DNA from: Phycisphaerae bacterium
GTDB taxonomy: Bacteria > Planctomycetota > Phycisphaerae > UBA1845 > Fen-1342
Assembly: GCA_050115495.1 (NCBI GenBank)
Contig: JASFQK010000015.1
Location: 1 to 64,000 of the forward strand
Length of the DNA stretch: 64,000 bases
Direction of reading: 5' to 3'
Shown here: piece by piece, positions 60,815-64,000 of the stretch
How positions within the stretch are numbered: the first letter of the stretch is position 1
Layout: every line of letters begins with the position of its first letter
Made by a program: the position numbers and the translations under genes
Notes under the pieces: generated by a model
What the model was told of the DNA's origin: nothing
The model's input: the letters and a program-made list of their open reading frames with translations, nothing else
The model's database searches: none

Positions 60815-62374
60815 CTAATCGAACAACCCCGGCTGCCGCGGATCCTCCGCCGTACCGCGGAATTCGCCATCCGCCAGCTCGGTGACGATCCGCTGGCCAT
60901 CGCGCACGTCCTGCACGCTGCGCAGCACTCGCCGCGTGCGGGCGTCTCGCGTGATGCTGTACCCCCGGCGGAGCACACCGCGGGGGTCGTACGCCGTGAG
61001 CGCCTCCAGCCGGGCCCGAAGCTCGTGCCGCCGCTCGCGCAACAGGCCACGGGCCGCCCTCTCCAGCCGAGCGACCGTCTGCCGCAGGTGCTCGTCCTGC
61101 CGAGCCACGCGGCCGGCGGGCCGGACGCGTTGCAGGCGCGTGCGCATTTCCGCCAGCCGCAGGCCGTCCTGCATCACCGCCCGATTCATCGCCCGGTGCA
61201 ACGCGTACAGCCGCTCGGCCACGCGCTCACTGAGTCGGCGGAAATGAGCCCCGCTACGAAAACGCAGGATGACCAGCTCCGCATGCTCCAGCCGCCGGCG
61301 AGCCGACAGGAAACGCTCGTGCGTCGCCAGCCGCAAGCGTTGCTGCAATTCGTCGATGCGCTGCCCACGCTGGCGTACGCGTTCGCGGGGCCGGGCCAAC
61401 GCATCGGCCGCGACCGTCGCCCGCAGCCGTGCTTCCGCCAGGGCGACCGCGTGACGCACAATCCGCGACGCCTGGTCCGTGCGCTGCGCCAGCCAGGCCA
61501 GCAGATCGCTGAGCTTCGGGGCAATCAGTTCCGCGGCGGCGGTCGGTGTCGCGGCTCGCACATCGGCGACGAGGTCGCAGATGCTGACGTCAACTTCGTG
61601 CCCGACGGCGCTGACGATCGGAATCCGGCTGGCCGCAACCGCCCGCGCGACGACTTCCTCACTGAACGCCCACAGGTCTTCGAGCGAACCCCCGCCGCGG
61701 CCGACGATGGCCACGTCAATCCCGCCGAAATGCTCGGCGTGCGTGTTCATCTGCTCGATCGCGTCGGCGATTTCGCGGGCCGCCCCCTCGCCCTGCACGC
61801 GGACCGGGAAGATCAGGATCTCCAGTGGCGGAAATCGTCGCCGGAGTGTCTGGAGGATGTCCCGTATGGCGGCGCCGGTCGGGCTGGTCACGACGGCGAC
61901 GCGGCGCGGCACGCGCGGCAGCGGCCGTTTCCGCTGCGGGTCGAACAAGCCTTCCCGTTCGAGCTTCTCCCGCACCTGGCGAAACGCGAGTTCGAGCGCG
62001 CCGACGCCGCGTGGTTCGAGCTTGCGCACGTAGAGCTGATACGTCCCGCGCGGCAGGTAGACCTCGACGCCGCCGGTGGCGATGACCTCCATGCCAACTT
62101 CGGGCGTGAACTTCAGCTTGGCGGCGGTGCTCCGCCACATGACGCACTGAAGCTCGCTGTGCGGGTCTTTGAGCGTGAAATAGACGTGGCCGCTGGATGG
62201 TCGCGACAGGTCGCCGATCTCGCCGAGAACGTGCAGCGTTTGCGGCAGATGCTGATTCAGCGCCCCGCGAACCATCTCGTTGACCTGCCGCGGGCTGAGC
62301 GTGGACACAGAGCCACCCGCCGGCGGTTCCGGCACACGCACGCGCGATGGGTCAAACAGCGGACGTTCGGACAC
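60815..62374 (-). CDS. xseA: Exodeoxyribonuclease VII large subunit
   Basis: SGHVYFTLKD, VTSPTGAA, RGGGSLEDLW, GHEVD, TPTAAAE. Confidence 0.95.
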   Translation of the reverse strand: MSERPLFDPSRVRVPEPPAGGSVSTLSPRQVNEMVRGALNQHLPQTLHVLGEIGDLSRPSSGHVYFTLKDPHSELQCVMWRSTAAKLKFTPEVGMEVIATGGVEVYLPRGTYQLYVRKLEPRGVGALELAFRQVREKLEREGLFDPQRKRPLPRVPRRVAVVTSPTGAAIRDILQTLRRRFPPLEILIFPVRVQGEGAAREIADAIEQMNTHAEHFGGIDVAIVGRGGGSLEDLWAFSEEVVARAVAASRIPIVSAVGHEVDVSICDLVADVRAATPTAAAELIAPKLSDLLAWLAQRTDQASRIVRHAVALAEARLRATVAADALARPRERVRQRGQRIDELQQRLRLATHERFLSARRRLEHAELVILRFRSGAHFRRLSERVAERLYALHRAMNRAVMQDGLRLAEMRTRLQRVRPAGRVARQDEHLRQTVARLERAARGLLRERRHELRARLEALTAYDPRGVLRRGYSITRDARTRRVLRSVQDVRDGQRIVTELADGEFRGTAEDPRQPGLFD

Positions 62375-62538
62375 GGCACCTCACCCGCGATCTGCCAACC
62401 AGCCAACCCTAACACCCCCGCAACCCCGCGCCAACGCGCTGTACACATGGCCGCCGACAGGAGCCCTTGAAAACAAACGAGCCGCCCCGTTGGTAAGCGG
62501 GACGGCCCGTGATTGGCTTGATAGCGCCGGCGGAGCGA

Positions 62539-63219
62539 CTAACGCTTCGAGAACTGGAAGCTGCGCCGCGCCTTGCGGTGACCGTACTTCTTGCGCTCCA
62601 CTTTGCGGGCGTCACGAGTGAGCAGCCCGGCGTCGCGCAACGTCACCTCAAAGGATGGATCGGCCTTCGTCAGGGCGCGGGCCAGACCCATGCGGATGGC
62701 GTTGCTCTGCCCGGTCGTGCCACCGCCGCGAACGTTGACGAACACGTCCCAACGACTGGCGGTATCGGTCAGCTTGAGCGGGGCCAGCACCGCGTTGCGA
62801 TCCTGCAACTCGGTGAAGTAGACCTCGATGTCGCGCTTGTTTACCTGGACCTTGCCCGAGCCGGGCTTGACGCGGACGCGGGCCACGGAGGTCTTCCGTC
62901 GACCGGTACCCCAGTACGCGCCGCCGTGCCCAGGCTTCTGGGGCGCGGGCTGCGGCTCCGTCACGAGCGTCTCTGTCGTCTCCGTCGTCTCCGTGGCGAC
63001 CGTCACCGGTTCATCACTGACAGGCGGCGCATCGGGCGTCACGTCAACCTCGGAGGCGGCGGGCGCCTCAGGCGCCGGCGGTGTTGCGGATGCCTCAGGG
63101 GCCGACGGCGTTGCAGGCGCCTCAGGCGCCGGCGGCGTGGCGGGTGCCTCGGGGGCCGGCGGCGTGGCGGACGACTCGGGCGGGGTCGGTACCGGCTGCT
63201 GGGCTTCAGCTTCAGTCAC
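62539..63219 (-). CDS. rpsI: 30S ribosomal protein S9 with long Pro/Ala/Glu N-terminal extension
   Basis: [37 protein letters not shown] before GTG. Confidence 0.95.
   Translation of the reverse strand: MTEAEAQQPVPTPPESSATPPAPEAPATPPAPEAPATPSAPEASATPPAPEAPAASEVDVTPDAPPVSDEPVTVATETTETTETLVTEPQPAPQKPGHGGAYWGTGRRKTSVARVRVKPGSGKVQVNKRDIEVYFTELQDRNAVLAPLKLTDTASRWDVFVNVRGGGTTGQSNAIRMGLARALTKADPSFEVTLRDAGLLTRDARKVERKKYGHRKARRSFQFSKR
63059..63180 (-). repeat. 27-bp coding tandem repeat (about 4.5 units) in rpsI
   Basis: Units start at 63059, 63086, 63113, 63140 and 63167; encode ATPPAPEAP variants. Confidence 0.85.
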
Positions 63220-63238
63220 GTCGTGGGCTCCTCAGCAA

Positions 63239-63679
63239 TCACATGGGCAGCGGTTCGGGCTGCTGGGCCTGGTGCCGATGCTCAGATCCTTTGTACAGCT
63301 TCAGCTTCTTCAGCATGCGACCACCCAGCGGGCTCTTCGGTAGCATCCGCCGGACGGCCTCGTGCAGCACGCGCTCCGGGTGCCGTTCAAGCACGCGAGC
63401 CATGCTGACCTCTTTCTGGCCGCCGGGGTAACCAGTGTACCGCTGGTACGTCACGGTTTCCTTCTTGTGGCCGGTCACCTTCACGTCGCCGGCGTTGAGC
63501 ACGATGACGAAGTCGCCGGTGTCCACGTGCGGCGTATAGGTGGGCTTGTTCTTGCCCATCAGCACGGTGGCGATGCGGACCGCCAGACGGCCCAGCACCT
63601 GGTCCGTCGCATCCACGACGTACCACTTCTGCTCCACCTCGCCGGGCTTCGCCTGAAACGATTTGTTTGCCGTCTTCAT
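63239..63679 (-). CDS. rplM: 50S ribosomal protein L13
   Basis: WYVVDA, LGRLA, KPTYTPHVDTGD, MLPK. Confidence 0.97.
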   Translation of the reverse strand: MKTANKSFQAKPGEVEQKWYVVDATDQVLGRLAVRIATVLMGKNKPTYTPHVDTGDFVIVLNAGDVKVTGHKKETVTYQRYTGYPGGQKEVSMARVLERHPERVLHEAVRRMLPKSPLGGRMLKKLKLYKGSEHRHQAQQPEPLPM

Positions 63680-63735
63680 AGCACTTCCCATTGCTGCGGA
63701 GCCAGCAGGCCCCGACATGAGCCAGAGAATTACTT

Positions 63736-63763
63736 ATTCTACGATGCCCCCTCGCCGTGTCAA
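63736..63763 (-). promoter_or_regulatory. rplM-rpsI promoter
   Basis: TTGACA-N16-TAGAAT on the minus strand. Confidence 0.7.
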
Positions 63764-63771
63764 GAACCGCC

Positions 63772-64000
63772 TCAGGCCCGCTCCACCAGCCGGTCAATCA
63801 GGTAATCCGATTCGGCCAGGGCCCGCCCCGTGAAGCTACCGAAAAACTCCCGAACCTGGCGGTAGACCTCGGCGAACGCCGCCCGGTCCCCCCCGGCCGC
63901 GATTTCCCGCAGCCGCTCCGCCGACGCCACGAACGCCCCCGTCACCTCGTCCCGACGCGGGTTCGACATCTGGATCGCCCCGTACAACTCCGGCGACTGG
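63772..64000 (-). CDS. tyrA: Prephenate dehydrogenase C-terminus (partial)
   Basis: QSPELYGAIQMSNP...ALAESDYLI resembles the TyrA dimerisation domain. Confidence 0.65.
   Translation of the reverse strand, partial: QSPELYGAIQMSNPRRDEVTGAFVASAERLREIAAGGDRAAFAEVYRQVREFFGSFTGRALAESDYLIDRLVERA

Overview
High-GC bacterial chromosome segment. It is most likely a Planctomycete of class Phycisphaerae, inferred from the many PEP-CTERM proteins, Cys-containing dockerin-like tails and H-X9-DG prepilin-like genes. Housekeeping blocks: glpX, rnpB, mrdA-rodA, a serA-like dehydrogenase, pdhABC-lpdA, acpS, tig-clpP-clpP, xseA, rplM-rpsI and a partial tyrA. Accessory highlights: (1) two paralogues of an uncharacterised ~45 kDa N-terminal-HTH protein, each beside PEP-CTERM/dockerin surface-protein genes and each with an operator-like palindrome at its promoter; (2) a translationally coupled ABC/AAA-ATPase + TOPRIM-like pair resembling MADS mad3-mad4 without the rest of that defence system; (3) a 39.5-42 kb array of four unrelated small envelope genes interspersed with two colinear 121-bp Rhs-core fragments, resembling an orphan immunity array; (4) two interrupted genes, a radical SAM gene with an in-frame TAG and a papain-like protease with a frameshift in a C6 run; (5) two REP/MITE-like repeat families. 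No tRNA, rRNA, CRISPR array or transposase was recognised. All family assignments come from motif recognition, not database searches.
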